From NCBI RefSeq assembly GCF_009914755.1, contig NC_060940.1: 64,000 bases of DNA; one strand, given 5' to 3'. A program made the translations under genes and the position numbers. The notes below the pieces were generated by a model, which was not told the DNA's origin, did not search any database, and worked only from the letters and a program-made list of their open reading frames with translations. Each line of letters opens with the position of its first letter. Position 1 is the stretch's first letter. The stretch comes from the human T2T-CHM13v2.0 reference genome, Homo sapiens. Positions 12,614 through 27,800 of this stretch are shown in pieces.

Positions 12614-15600
12614 CGATGATTCCATTATATTCCATTCAACGATGATTCCATTCGAGTCCATTCGATGATTCCATTAGAGTACATTTAATGATTGCTTTGT
12701 TTTCAATTCGAAGATGATTACATTGGATTCCATTCTATGATTCCATTCGATTGCATTCATTGATGATTCCACCCAATTCCATTCGATGATGATTCCATTC
12801 GATTTCAATGATTCTACTCGATTCCATTCAATGATGATTCAATTCTATTCCGTTTGATGATTCCATTAGATTCCATTCTATGATGATTCCATTCGAGTCC
12901 ATTCGAAGATTTCATTCGATTACATTCCATGACGATTCCATTCGAGTCCATTCGATGATTCCATTTGAATCCATTCGACGATGATTCCATTTGATGCTAT
13001 TCGATGATTCCATTGGATTCCATTCGATGATGATTCCATTCGACTTGATTTGATGTTTCTATTTGAGTCCATTCGGTTATTTTATTAGACTACATTCGAT
13101 GATGATTCCATTCGATGCCATTCAATGATTCCATTTGATTCCACTCAATGATGATTGCATTCGTGTCCATTCGATGATTCCATTTGGTTCCATTTGATGA
13201 TGATTCCATTCGAGTCCATTCGATGATACCATTCAATTCCATTCGATGATCATTCCATTCGAATCCATTTGATGATTCCACTCAATTCCATTTGATGACT
13301 CCTTTCATTCCCATTCGATGATTCCCTTCAGTTCCAATTGGATGATCTTTCCATTTGATTCAATATGGTGACTCCATTCTATTATATTCAATGATGATTC
13401 CATTCGACTCCATTAGATGATGACTCCATTCCATTCCATTCGATTGTGATTTCATTCGATTCCATTCGAAGATGATTCCATTCGAGTCCATTTGATGATT
13501 CCATTCGATTCCATTCAATGATGATTCCACTCAAATCCATTGGATGATTCCATTCGTTTCCAATTGGTGATTTCATTAGATTCCATTCGAGGATGATTCT
13601 ATTCGAGTCCATTCAATGATTCCATTGGATTCCGTTTGATAATGATTCCATTAGAGTTCATTCGATGATTCCCTTCGAGTCCATTCGATTATTTCTTTTG
13701 ATTCCATTTGATGATGATTCCATTCGATTCCATTCAATGATTCCATTCCATTCCATTCGATGATGATTCCATTCGATAATGATTACATTCGAGCCCATGT
13801 GATGATTCCATTAGATTCTATTCAATGATGATTCCATTCGACCACATTCGATGATGGCATTCGAGTCCATTCGATGATTTCACTCGATTCCACTTGATGA
13901 TGATTCCTTTTGAGTCCATTTGATGATTACATTCGAGTCCATGAGATGACTCCATTCGATTCCATTTCATGATGATGCAATTCGAGGCTATTCGATCATC
14001 CCATTTTAGTGCATTCGGTGATTCTCTTTTATTACATTCGATGAGGGCTCCATTCGAGTCCATTCAATGATTCCATTAGATTCCACTCGATGATGATTCC
14101 ATTTGAGTCCATTCAAAGATTCCTTTCGAGTCCATTCGATAATTCTATTGGATTCCACTAGGTGATGATTCCTTTCGAGTCAATTCGATGATTCCTTTCA
14201 AGTGCCTTCAATGATTCCATTCGATTCCATTCGATGACGATTCATTTCAAGTCCATTCAATGGTTCCATTCTGTTGAATTTGATGGTTCCATTTGATTCC
14301 ATTCGATGATGATTCCATTCGTGTCCATTGGATGATTCCATTCGATTCCTTTCGAGGAAGATTCCATTCGACTCCATTCGATGATTCCGTTCGATTCCAT
14401 TCCATGATGATTCCATTTGATTCCATTCCATGATTCCATTCGATACCATTCGATGATGATTCCATTCGACTCCATTTGATGAATCCATTCAATGCTTCCA
14501 TTCGAGTCCATTCGATGATTCCATTCGATTCCATTCCATGAAGATTCCATTCGAGTACATTTGATGATTCCATTTAATTCCATAGGATGATGATTCTATT
14601 AGGGTCCGCTGACTATTCCATTCAATTCCATTCGAAGACTCCATTCGAGTCCACTCGATGATTCTATTTGATTCCATTTGATAATTCCATTCGATTCCAT
14701 TTGATGTTGATTCCATTCGAGTCCATTCGATCATTATTACATTTGATTCTATTCGATGATTCCATTCGATTCCATTTGATGAGGATTCCATTCGAGACCA
14801 TTTGATGATTCCATTCAATTCCATTGGATGATTCCAATATTTTCCATTAGATGATGATTCCATTCGATTCCATTCAATGATGATTCCATCAGAATCCATT
14901 CGATGATGACTCCTTTTGCTTCCATTCAATGATCATTACATTCGGTTCCATTCGATGATGATTCCTTTGGATTCCATTCGATGATGCTTCCATTCGATTC
15001 CATTTGATGATGATTCTTTTCGATTCCATTTGATGATGATTCCATTTGATTCCATTCGATGGTGATTCCATTTGATGATTCCATTCGATTGTATTCGATG
15101 ATGATTCCACTCGATTCTATTTGATGATGACTGCATTCGATTCCATTTGATGATTCCATTTGATTCCATTCGATGATGATTCTGATCAATTGCATTCGAT
15201 GATCCATTCGATTCCATTTGATGGTTCCATTTGATTCCATTTGATAATGATTCCTTTCGAGTCCATTCGATGATTCCATTTGCGGATATTCGATAATTCC
15301 ATTTGAGTCCAACCGATGATTCCATTCGAGGCCATTCAATCATTCTTTTTGAGTCCTTTCGATAAAGATTCCATTTTAGTCCATTCAATAATTCCACTGG
15401 AGTCCATTCGATGATTGCTTTTAATTCCATTCGATGATATTCCATTCGAGTCCATTCGATGATTCCATTCGTTGCTATTAGATGATGATTCCATTCATGA
15501 CCATTTGGTGATTCCATTCGATTTCATTCGTTGATGATTCCATTCGAGTCCATTCCATGATTCCATTCAAGTCCATTTGATGATTTCTTTGAATTCAATT

Positions 15601-18600
15601 CGATGATGATTCCATTCGAGTCCATTCGATGATTCCATTCAGTTCCATTCGATGATGATTCCTTTCGAGACCATATGATGATTCCATTTGATTTCATTCG
15701 ATGATGATTCCATTCGATTCCATTCGATGATTCCATTCTATTCCATTCGATGATGATTCCATTCCAGTCCATTTAATGATTCCATTGGGTTCAATTCAAT
15801 GATGATTACATTGGATTCTCTTCTATGATACCATTCAATTCCGTTCATTGACAATTTGATTCCATTCGATGATGATTCCATTTGAGTTCATTCGATGATT
15901 CTATTCGATTCCAGTCGATGATGATTCCGTTGGAGTCCATACGATGACTCCATTTGATTTCATTTGATGATGATTCCATTCGATTCCATTCGATGACTCC
16001 ATTCTGTTCCATTCGATGATGATTCCATTCGAGTCCATTCGATGATTCCATTCGAGTCCATTTCATGATTCCATTGGGTTCAATTCGATGATGATTACAC
16101 TGGATTCCATTCTATGATTCCATTCAATTCCATTCGTTGATGATTCGATTCCATTCAATGATGATTCCATTTGAGTTCATTCGATGATTCTATTCGATTC
16201 CGTTCGATGGTGATTCAATTCTATTATATTGGATGATTCCATTCGATTCCATTTGATGATGATTCCATTCGATTCCATTCGATGATGATTCCATTTGATT
16301 CCATTTGATGTTGATTCTATTCGATTCTATTCAATGATGATTCCATTCGATTTCATTTGATGATTCTATTGGATTCCTTTCGATGATTCTATTCCATTCC
16401 ATTCGATGATGATTCAATTCTCTTCCATTGGATGATTCCATTTTATTCCATTCGACGATGACTCCATTTGATTCCATTCAATGATGATTCCATTGGATTC
16501 CATTCGGTGATTCCATTTGATTCCATTCGACGGTGAGCAATTTGATTCAATTCCATAATGATTCTATTTGATTCAATTAGATGATGTTTCCATTCGAATC
16601 CATTCGGTGATGATTCCATTGGTATCCATTCGACGATGATTCCATATGAGTCAATTCGATGATGATTCCATACGAGTCCGTTGGATGATAATTCCATTTG
16701 ATTTCATTCAATCCTTCTATTCGATTCCACTTGATGATGATTCCATCTGAATCCATTCTCCGATTCCATTCGATTTCATTCGATGCTTCTATTTGATTTC
16801 ATTCGAAGATGATTCCTTTCAATTCCGTTCATTAATTCCATTTGATTCCATTCGATGATGATTCCATCCGATTCCATTGGATGATGATTCCATTCGAGTC
16901 CATTCGATGATTCCGTTCTAATCCATTCTATGATTCCATTCGAGTCCATTCGATGATTCCATTCGATTCCATTCAGTGATGATTCCATTTGATTCCATCT
17001 GATGATGATTTCATTTGATTCCATTCGATGATGATTCCATTGGAGTCCATTGAATGATTCAATTCAATTCCATTCCATGTGGATTCCATTCGAATTCATT
17101 CGATTATTCCATTCAAATCCCTTCGTTGATTCCATCTGATTCCACTTGACGATGATTCCATTCAAGTCCAATCGATGATTCCATTCGGTTCCATTCAATG
17201 ATTCCATTCGAGTCCATTTATGTATTATATTCGTGTCCACTTGATGACTCCATTCAATTCCATTTAATGATGATTCCATTTGATTCCATTTGATGATTCA
17301 GTTCGATTCCTTACAATGATTCCCTACGATTCCTTTCTATGATGATTCCATTCGATTCCATTCATTGATGATTCCATTCGACTCCATTCAATGATGATTC
17401 CTTTCGATTCCATTTGACGATGTTTCCATTTGAGTCCATTCGATGATGATTCCATTGGTATCCATTCGACGATGATTCCATAGGAGTCAATTCGATGATG
17501 ATTCCATACGAGTCCGTTGGATGATAATTCCATTTGATTTCATTCAATCCTTCTATTCGATTCCATTTGATGATGATTCCATCTGAATCCATTCTCCGAT
17601 TCCATTCGATTTCATTCGATGCTTCTATTTGATTTCATTCGAAGATGATTCCTTTCAATTCCATTCATTAATTCCATTTGATTCCATTCGATGATGATTC
17701 CATCCGATTCCATTGGATGATGATTCCATTCGAGTCCATTCGATGATTCCGTTCTAATCCATTCTATGATTCCATTCGAGTCCATTCGATGATTCCATTC
17801 GATTCCATTCAGTGATGATTCCATTTGATTCCATCGGATGATGATTTCATTTGATTCCATTCGATGATGATTCCATTGGAGTCCATTGAATGATTCAATT
17901 CAATTCCATTCCATGTGGATTCCATTCGAATTCATTCGATTATTCCATTCAAATCCCTTCGTTGATTCCATCTGATTCCACTTGACGATGATTCCATTCA
18001 AGTCCAATCGATGATTCCATTCGGTTCCATTCAATGATTCCATTCGAGTCCATTTATGTATTATATTCGTGTCCACTTGATGACTCACTCCATTCAATTC
18101 CATTTAATGATGATTCCATTTGATTCCATTTGATGATTCAGTTCGATTCCTTACAATGATTCCCTACGATTCCTTTCTATGATGATTCCATTCGATTCCA
18201 TTCATTGATGATTCCATTCGACTCCATTCGATGATGATTCCTTTCGATTCCATTTGACGATGTTTCCATTTGAGTCCATTCGATGATGATTCAATTCAGT
18301 TCTGTTCTATTATGAATCCATTCGATTTCATTCAATGCTTCTATTTGATTCCATTCGACGATGATTCCATCTCTTTCCCTTCGATGTTTCCATTTGATTC
18401 CATTCAGTGATGATTCCATTTGATTCCATCTGATGATGATTTCACTTGATTCATTTCAATGATGATTCCATTCAAGTCCATTCGATGATTCCATTGGAGT
18501 CCAAACGATCATTCCATTCGATTCCATTCAATGATGATTCCATTCATGTCCATTCAATGAATCCTTTCAATTCCATTCGATGATGACTCCATTCGAGTAC

Positions 18601-21600
18601 ATTCGATGATTCCATTTGATTCCATTTGATGATGATTACATTCAATTCCATTCGAAGATGATTCCATTCAATTCCACTTGATGATGATTCCGTATGAATC
18701 CATTCGCTGATTATTCCATTCGATTCCATTCATTGACGATTCCATTCGATTCCATTCAATGATGATTCTCTTCTATTCCATTCGATGATTCCGGTCGATT
18801 CCATTCGATGATGATTCCATTAGATTCCATTCGATTGTTGCATTCGATTCCCTTCGATGATGATTCCTTTGAATTCCATTCGATTATGATTCCGTATGAA
18901 TCCATTTGATGATTATTCCATTGGATTCCTTTCGATGATGATTCCATTCGATTCCATTTGATGATGTTTCTCATGTATTCCATTTGATAATTCCTTTCAA
19001 TTCCCTTCGATGATGATTCTTTCGAGTCAATTCGATGATTCTATTCCATTCCCTTCGATGATGATTCCATTTCACTCCATTCGATGATTCCATTCGATTC
19101 AATTTGGTGATGATTCAATTCGATGACATTCGATGACTCCATTCAATTTCATTTGATGATGATTACATTCGAGTCCATTTGATGATTGTATTCCTTTCCT
19201 TTTGATGATTATTCCATTCGTGTCTATTCAAAGATTCCATTCTATTCCATTCAATGATGATTCCAATTGATTCCATTCAATGATTATGGCTATCGATTCC
19301 ACTCGTTGATTCCATTTGATTCCATTCGATGATTATTCCGTTAGATTCCATTAGGAGATTCCATTCGATTTTATTCAATGATTCCAATTGATTCCATTCA
19401 ATGATGATTCCATTCGACTCCGTTCAGTGATTCCATTTGAGTCCATTTGAGGATTCCATTCGAGTCCATTTGATGATTCCATTCTTTTCCATTTGATGAT
19501 GATTCCATTAGGGTCCATTCAATGATTCCATTCGAGTCCATTCGTTAATGCCTTTCGAGTCCTTTTGATCACTACATTCGAGTCCATTCAATGATTCTAT
19601 TCGATTCCATTCCATGATGATTCCATTCGAGTTCATTCGATGATTGCATTCGAGTCCATTTGATGATTCCATATGATTCCATTCGACAATGATTCCATTC
19701 GTGTCCATTTGATGATTCCATTCATTTCCTATCGATGAAGATTCCATTCGAGTGTATTCGATGATTCCATTCAAATCCATTCGATGATGATTCCATTCCA
19801 GTCCATTCGATCATTCCACTTGATTCCATTTGATGACTATTCCATTCAAATCCATTTGATGATTCCATTCGATTCCATTCGATGTTACCATTCGAGTATA
19901 TACGATGATTCCACTCGATTCCATTTGATGATTATTCCATTGGAGTCCACTTAGTGAATCCTTTAGATTCTACTCGAAGATGATTCCATTCGAGTCCATT
20001 CGATGATACCATTAAATTCCATTCGTTGATGCTTCCATTCAAGTGCATTCGATGATATCATTCGATTCCATTTGATGATAATTCCATTTGATTCCATGTG
20101 ATGATTCTATTCCATTCCATTCAATGATAATTCCATTCAATTCAGTGATTCCTCTGGACTCCATTTGATGATGATTCCATTCAATGATTCCATTCGATTC
20201 TATTCGAAAATGATTCCATTTGAATCCATTTGATGATGATTCCATTCGATTCCATTTGATGATTCCATTCGATTCCATTCGACGATGATTCCATTCGATT
20301 CCATTTGATGATTCCATTCTATTCTATTCGATGATGATTCCATTCGATTCCATTCGATGATGATTGGATTCGATTCCATTTGATGATTTCATTTGATTCC
20401 ATTCGATGATGATTTCGATCAACTCCATTCGATGATTCCATTCGATTCCATTTGATAATGATTACATCCGAGTCCATTCGATGATTCCATTTGAGCCCGT
20501 TCGATAATTCCATTTGAGTCCAATCAATGATTCCATTCATTTCCATTCAATGATTCCATTCGAGTCCATTTGATCATTCCGGTAGGGTCCGTTCGATGTT
20601 GATTCCATTGGAGTGCATTCGATGATTCCATTCGAGTCCATTTTAGGATTTGATTCGAGTCCTTTCGATGATTCCATTCGATTCCACTCGATGCGATGAT
20701 GATTTCATTCGAGTCCATTCGACACTTCCAATCGATTCCATTTGATGTTTCCATTCGAGTCCAATTGATGATTCCATTCAATTCCATTCGATGATGATTC
20801 CGTACGATTCCATTCTGTGATGATTCCATGTGATTGCATTCAATGATGATTCCTTTCGATTGCATTCGATTATGATTCATTTCGTGTTCATTCTATGGTT
20901 CCACAGGTTTCACATCGTGTCCATTCCATTATTCCATTCTATTCCATTTGATGATGATTCCATTCGATTCCATTCATTGGTGATTCCACTCAATTCCATT
21001 CAATGATTCCATTCCATTTCTTTCAACAATGATTCCATTAGTTTCTAATCGATGATCCACTTGATTCCATTTGACGGTGATTCCATTCTTGTCCATTCGA
21101 TGATTCCATTTGATTCCATATGATGATGATTCCATTCGATTCCATACGATGATGATTCCATTCGAGTCCATTCAATGGTGATTCCATTCAATTCCATTCG
21201 GTGATTCCTTTCGATTCCATTTGATGATGATGGCATTCGATTCCTTTCAATCATTCCCTTTGATTCCACTCAAAGGTGATTTCATTCAAGTCCATTCGAT
21301 AATTGCATTCGATTCCATTCTATGATGATTCCATTCGAGTCCATTTGATGATTCCATTCAATTCAAGTCAATGATGATTCCATTCGATTCCATTCGATGA
21401 TTCCATTGGATTCCATTCGATGATGATTCCATTCAAATCCATTCGATAATTCAATTCACGTCCATTCGATGATGATTCCAATCGAATCCATTCAAAGATT
21501 CCATTCAATTCCATTCGATGATTCCCTTAGATTCCATTCGATGATTCCACTTGATTCCATTTACGATGATTCCATTCGATTCCATGTGATGATTCCATTC

Positions 21601-24600
21601 AATTCTATTCAATGATGCTTCCATTTGATTCCATTCGACCATGATTGCCTTTGATTCCATTCAATGATTCCATTCGGTTCCGTTTGATGATGATTCCGTT
21701 CGATTCCATTTGATGATTCCATTTGATTCCATTGGATGAGTCCATTCGATTACATTCGATGATTATTCCATTCGAGTGCATTAGATGATTCCATTCGAGT
21801 CCATTCGATGATTCCATTCGAGTCCATTCGATGATTCCATTCGATTCCATTCGATGTTGATTCTGTTCAAATCCATTCGATGATTCCACTCGATTCCATT
21901 CGATGACTCCATTTGATCCCATTCTATGATTTCCTTTGATTCCCTTTGATGATCATTCCATTTGATTCAATTCGGTGATTTCATTTGATTCCATTCAGTG
22001 ATGTTTCCATTCGACTCCATTCGATGATGATTCCATTCGACTACATTCGATTATGATTTCATTCAATTCCATTCGATAAAGATTCCCTTCGAGTCCAATC
22101 GATGATTCCATTCGATTCCATTCAACGATGATTTGATTCGTGTCCATTCGATGATTCCATTTGATTCCACTTGATGAGGATTCCATTCGAGTCCATTTGA
22201 TGATTCCATTCAATTCCATTCTCCGATGATTTCTTTTGAGCCCATTCAATGCTTCCACTCGATTACATATGATGATGACTCCATTCGATGAAACTCGATG
22301 ATGATTCCATTCGCTTGTATTCGATGATGATTCCACTTGAGTCCGTTAGAAGATTCTATTCAATTACATTCCATGACGATTCCGTTCGAGTCCATTTGAT
22401 GATTCCATTACACTCCATTCGACAATGATTCCATTCAATGTTATTCGATGATTCCATTCGATCTTATTCGATGATGATTCCATTCAACTCCATTCGATGT
22501 TTCCATTCGAGTTCATTCTATTATTCCATTAGATTCCATTCGATGATGATTCCATTCGATTCCATTTGATGATTGCATTCTATTTCATTTGATGATGATT
22601 CCATTCGAGTCCATTCGATGATTACATTCGAGTCCATTTAATGAATCCATTGGTTTCAATTCTATGATGATTATATTGGATTCCATTCGTTGATGATTTC
22701 ATTCGATTCCATTCAATGATGATTCCATTCAATTCCATTCAATGATTCCATTCAATTCCATACGATGATGATTCCATTTGATTTGATTCGACAGTGAGCC
22801 ATTCGATTCAATTCCATGATGATTCTATTTGATTCACTTGGTTGACATTTCCATTCGGTTCCATTCGATGATGATTCCATTTGATTCCATTCAAAGATGA
22901 TTCCATTCTAGCCCATTCAATCATTCCATTCGATTCTATTCAATGATGATTCCATTCATGTCGATTTGGTGATTCCATTTGACTTCATTTGATGATGATT
23001 CCTTTCAAGTTCATTAGATGATTCCATTCGATTCCATTTGATGATGATCCCATTCGAGTCCATTCAGTGATTCCACTCGTTTCCATTCCATGATGATTCC
23101 ATTCCATTCCATTCAATGATTCCATTCGATTCCGTTTGATGATGATTTCATTCGAGTCCATTTGATGATTCCATTTGATTCCATTCGATGATGATTCCAT
23201 TCGAGTCCATTCGATGATTCTATTCGAATCCATTTGATGATTTCTTTTGATTATATTTGGTGATGATTCCATTGGAGTCCATTCAATGATTCCATTCTAT
23301 TCCAATCGATGATGATTCCATTAGAGTCCATTTAATGATTCCATTTGATTCCAGTCTCTGATGTTTACATTCGAGTCCATACGATGATTCCACTCAATTC
23401 CATATGATGATGATTCCATTCGATTCCATTCGATGATTCCATTCTATTCTATTCAATGGTGATTCCATTCGAGTACATTAGATGATTCCATTCGATTCCA
23501 TTCAATGATGATTCTACTTGTGTCCCTTAGATGATTCCACATGATTCCATTAGATGATGATACTATTTGAGCCCATCCAATGATTCCCTTCGATTCCATT
23601 CGATGAGGATTCCATTCGATTCAATTCATTGGTGATTCTATTCAATTCAATTCTTTGATTCAATTCCATTCCATTCGACAATGATTCCATTCGATTTCTT
23701 TCGATGATTCCACTCAATTTCACTTGACATTGATTCCATTCGATTCCATTCAATGATTCCATTTGATTCCAGTGGATGATGATTGCCGTCGATTCCATTC
23801 GATCACTCCATTCTGTTCCATTTGATGATGATTACATTCGATTCCATTTGATGATTCCATCTGATTCTATTCGAGGATTCCATTTGATTCCATTCGATGA
23901 TGATTCCATTCGAGTCCATTCGATGGTTTCATTCGAGTACATCCAATGATTCCATTCGAGTCCATTTGATGATTCCATTTCATTCCATTTGATTATGATT
24001 CTACTAGAGTCCATTCAATGACTCCATTCGAGTCCATTCAACAGTTCCATCCGAGTCCATTCGATGATTCCATTCGATTCCATTTGATGATTCCATTCGA
24101 GTCCATTTAATCATTACAGTCGAGTCCATTTGGTGATTCCACTGGATTTCTTTTGATAATGATACCATTCAATTACATTTGATGATGATCCCATTCAATT
24201 TCATTTGATGATGATTCCATTAGAGTCCATTCCATGATTTCATTCGAGTCCCTTCATTGATTCCATCCGATTTCATTTCATGATGACTCCATTCGAGTCC
24301 ATTCGATGATTCCACTCGATTCCTTTAGATGATTCCATTGGAGTCCATTTGATTGTTCCATTCGATTCCATTCGATTCCTTTCGAAGATTATTCCATTTG
24401 AGTCCATTCGATGATGATTCCATTCCATTCCATTCGATGATTCCGTTTGATTCCATTCGATGATTCCCTGCGATTCCTTTCTATGATGATTCCATTCCAT
24501 TCCATTCAATGATTCCATTCGAATCTATTCCATGATGATTCCTTTCGATTCCATTCGCTGATGTTTCCGTTCAATTCCATTCGATGATGATTCCATTCGA

Positions 24601-24852
24601 TTCCATTCATTGAGGATTCCATTGGATTCCATTCAATGATGATTCCATTCTATTCCATTCAATGATTGCATTCAATTCCATTCAATGATTATGCCATTAG
24701 AGTAAATTCAACGATTCCATTCAATACCATTCGATGATGATTCCTTTTGAGTCCATTCAATGATTTCATTCAAGTCCATTTGATGATTCCTTTCAATTCC
24801 ATTCCATGATGATTCCATTCGAGTCCATTCGATGATTCCATTCGATTGCATT
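12614..24852 (+). repeat. Higher-order unit, copy 2 (12,239 bp; 426-bp deletion at ~15911)
   Basis: The landmark recurs at 24853. ORF offsets against copy 1 step 12613 -> 12639 -> 12213 -> 12239. Confidence 0.93.
16608..18292 (+). repeat. Internal ~0.84-kb tandem duplication (copy 2)
   Basis: ORF pairs 16776/17612 and 17064/17900, offset 836. Confidence 0.88.
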
Positions 24853-27800
24853 CGATGATTCCATTATATTCCATTCAACGATGATTCCATTCGAGTCCAT
24901 TCGATGATTCCATTAGAGTACATTTAATGATTGCTTTGTTTTCAATTCGAAGATGATTACATTGGATTCCATTCTATGATTCCATTCGATTGCATTCATT
25001 GATGATTCCACCCAATTCCATTCGATGATGATTCCATTCGATTTCAATGATTCTACTCGATTCCATTCAATGATGATTCAATTCTATTCCGTTTGATGAT
25101 TCCATTAGATTCCATTCTATGATGATTCCATTCGAGTCCATTCGAAGATTTCATTCGATTACATTCCATGACGATTCCATTCGAGTCCATTCGATGATTC
25201 CATTTGAATCCATTCGACGATGATTCCATTTGATGCTATTCGATGATTCCATTGGATTCCATTCGATGATGATTCCATTCGACTTGATTTGATGTTTCTA
25301 TTTGAGTCCATTCGGTTATTTTATTAGACTACATTCGATGATGATTCCATTCGATGCCATTCAATGATTCCATTTGATTCCACTCAATGATGATTGCATT
25401 CGTGTCCATTCGATGATTCCATTTGGTTCCATTTGATGATGATTCCATTCGAGTCCATTCGATGATACCATTCAATTCCATTCGATGATCATTCCATTCG
25501 AATCCATTTGATGATTCCACTCAATTCCATTTGATGACTCCTTTCATTCCCATTCGATGATTCCCTTCAGTTCCAATTGGATGATCTTTCCATTTGATTC
25601 AATATGGTGACTCCATTCTATTATATTCAATGATGATTCCATTCGACTCCATTAGATGATGACTCCATTCCATTCCATTCGATTGTGATTTCATTCGATT
25701 CCATTCGAAGATGATTCCATTCGAGTCCATTTGATGATTCCATTCGATTCCATTCAATGATGATTCCACTCAAATCCATTGGATGATTCCATTCGTTTCC
25801 AATTGGTGATTTCATTAGATTCCATTCGAGGATGATTCTATTCGAGTCCATTCAATGATTCCATTGGATTCCGTTTGATAATGATTCCATTAGAGTTCAT
25901 TCGATGATTCCCTTCGAGTCCATTCGATTATTTCTTTTGATTCCATTTGATGATGATTCCATTCGATTCCATTCAATGATTCCATTCCATTCCATTCGAT
26001 GATGATTCCATTCGATAATGATTACATTCGAGCCCATGTGATGATTCCATTAGATTCTATTCAATGATGATTCCATTCGACCACATTCGATGATGGCATT
26101 CGAGTCCATTCGATGATTTCACTCGATTCCACTTGATGATGATTCCTTTTGAGTCCATTTGATGATTACATTCGAGTCCATGAGATGACTCCATTCGATT
26201 CCATTTCATGATGATGCAATTCGAGGCTATTCGATCATCCCATTTTAGTGCATTCGGTGATTCTCTTTTATTACATTCGATGAGGGCTCCATTCGAGTCC
26301 ATTCAATGATTCCATTAGATTCCACTCGATGATGATTCCATTTGAGTCCATTCAAAGATTCCTTTCGAGTCCATTCGATAATTCTATTGGATTCCACTAG
26401 GTGATGATTCCTTTCGAGTCAATTCGATGATTCCTTTCAAGTGCCTTCAATGATTCCATTCGATTCCATTCGATGACGATTCATTTCAAGTCCATTCAAT
26501 GGTTCCATTCTGTTGAATTTGATGGTTCCATTTGATTCCATTCGATGATGATTCCATTCGTGTCCATTGGATGATTCCATTCGATTCCTTTCGAGGAAGA
26601 TTCCATTCGACTCCATTCGATGATTCCGTTCGATTCCATTCCATGATGATTCCATTTGATTCCATTCCATGATTCCATTCGATACCATTCGATGATGATT
26701 CCATTCGACTCCATTTGATGAATCCATTCAATGCTTCCATTCGAGTCCATTCGATGATTCCATTCGATTCCATTCCATGAAGATTCCATTCGAGTACATT
26801 TGATGATTCCATTTAATTCCATAGGATGATGATTCTATTAGGGTCCGTTGACTATTCCATTCAATTCCATTCGAAGATTCCATTCGAGTCCACTCGATGA
26901 TTCTATTTGATTCCATTTGATAATTCCATTCGATTCCATTTGATGTTGATTCCATTCGAGTCCATTCGATCATTATTACATTTGATTCTATTCGATGATT
27001 CCATTCGATTCCATTTGATGAGGATTCCATTCGAGACCATTTGATGATTCCATTCAATTCCATTGGATGATTCCAATATTTTCCATTAGATGATGATTCC
27101 ATTCGATTCCATTCAATGATGATTCCATCAGAATCCATTCGATGATGACTCCTTTTGCTTCCATTCAATGATCATTACATTCGGTTCCATTCGATGATGA
27201 TTCCTTTGGATTCCATTCGATGATGCTTCCATTCGATTCCATTTGATGATGATTCTTTTCGATTCCATTTGATGATGATTCCATTTGATTCCATTCGATG
27301 GTGATTCCATTTGATGATTCCATTCGATTGTATTCGATGATGATTCCACTCGATTCTATTTGATGATGACTGCATTCGATTCCATTTGATGATTCCATTT
27401 GATTCCATTCGATGATGATTCTGATCAATTGCATTCGATGATCCATTCGATTCCATTTGATGGTTCCATTTGATTCCATTTGATAATGATTCCTTTCGAG
27501 TCCATTCGATGATTCCATTTGCGGATATTCGATAATTCCATTTGAGTCCAACCGATGATTCCATTCGAGGCCATTCAATCATTCTTTTTGAGTCCTTTCG
27601 ATAAAGATTCCATTTTAGTCCATTCAATAATTCCACTGGAGTCCATTCGATGATTGCTTTTAATTCCATTCGATGATATTCCATTCGAGTCCATTCGATG
27701 ATTCCATTCGTTGCTATTAGATGATGATTCCATTCATGACCATTTGGTGATTCCATTCGATTTCATTCGTTGATGATTCCATTCGAGTCCATTCCATGAT

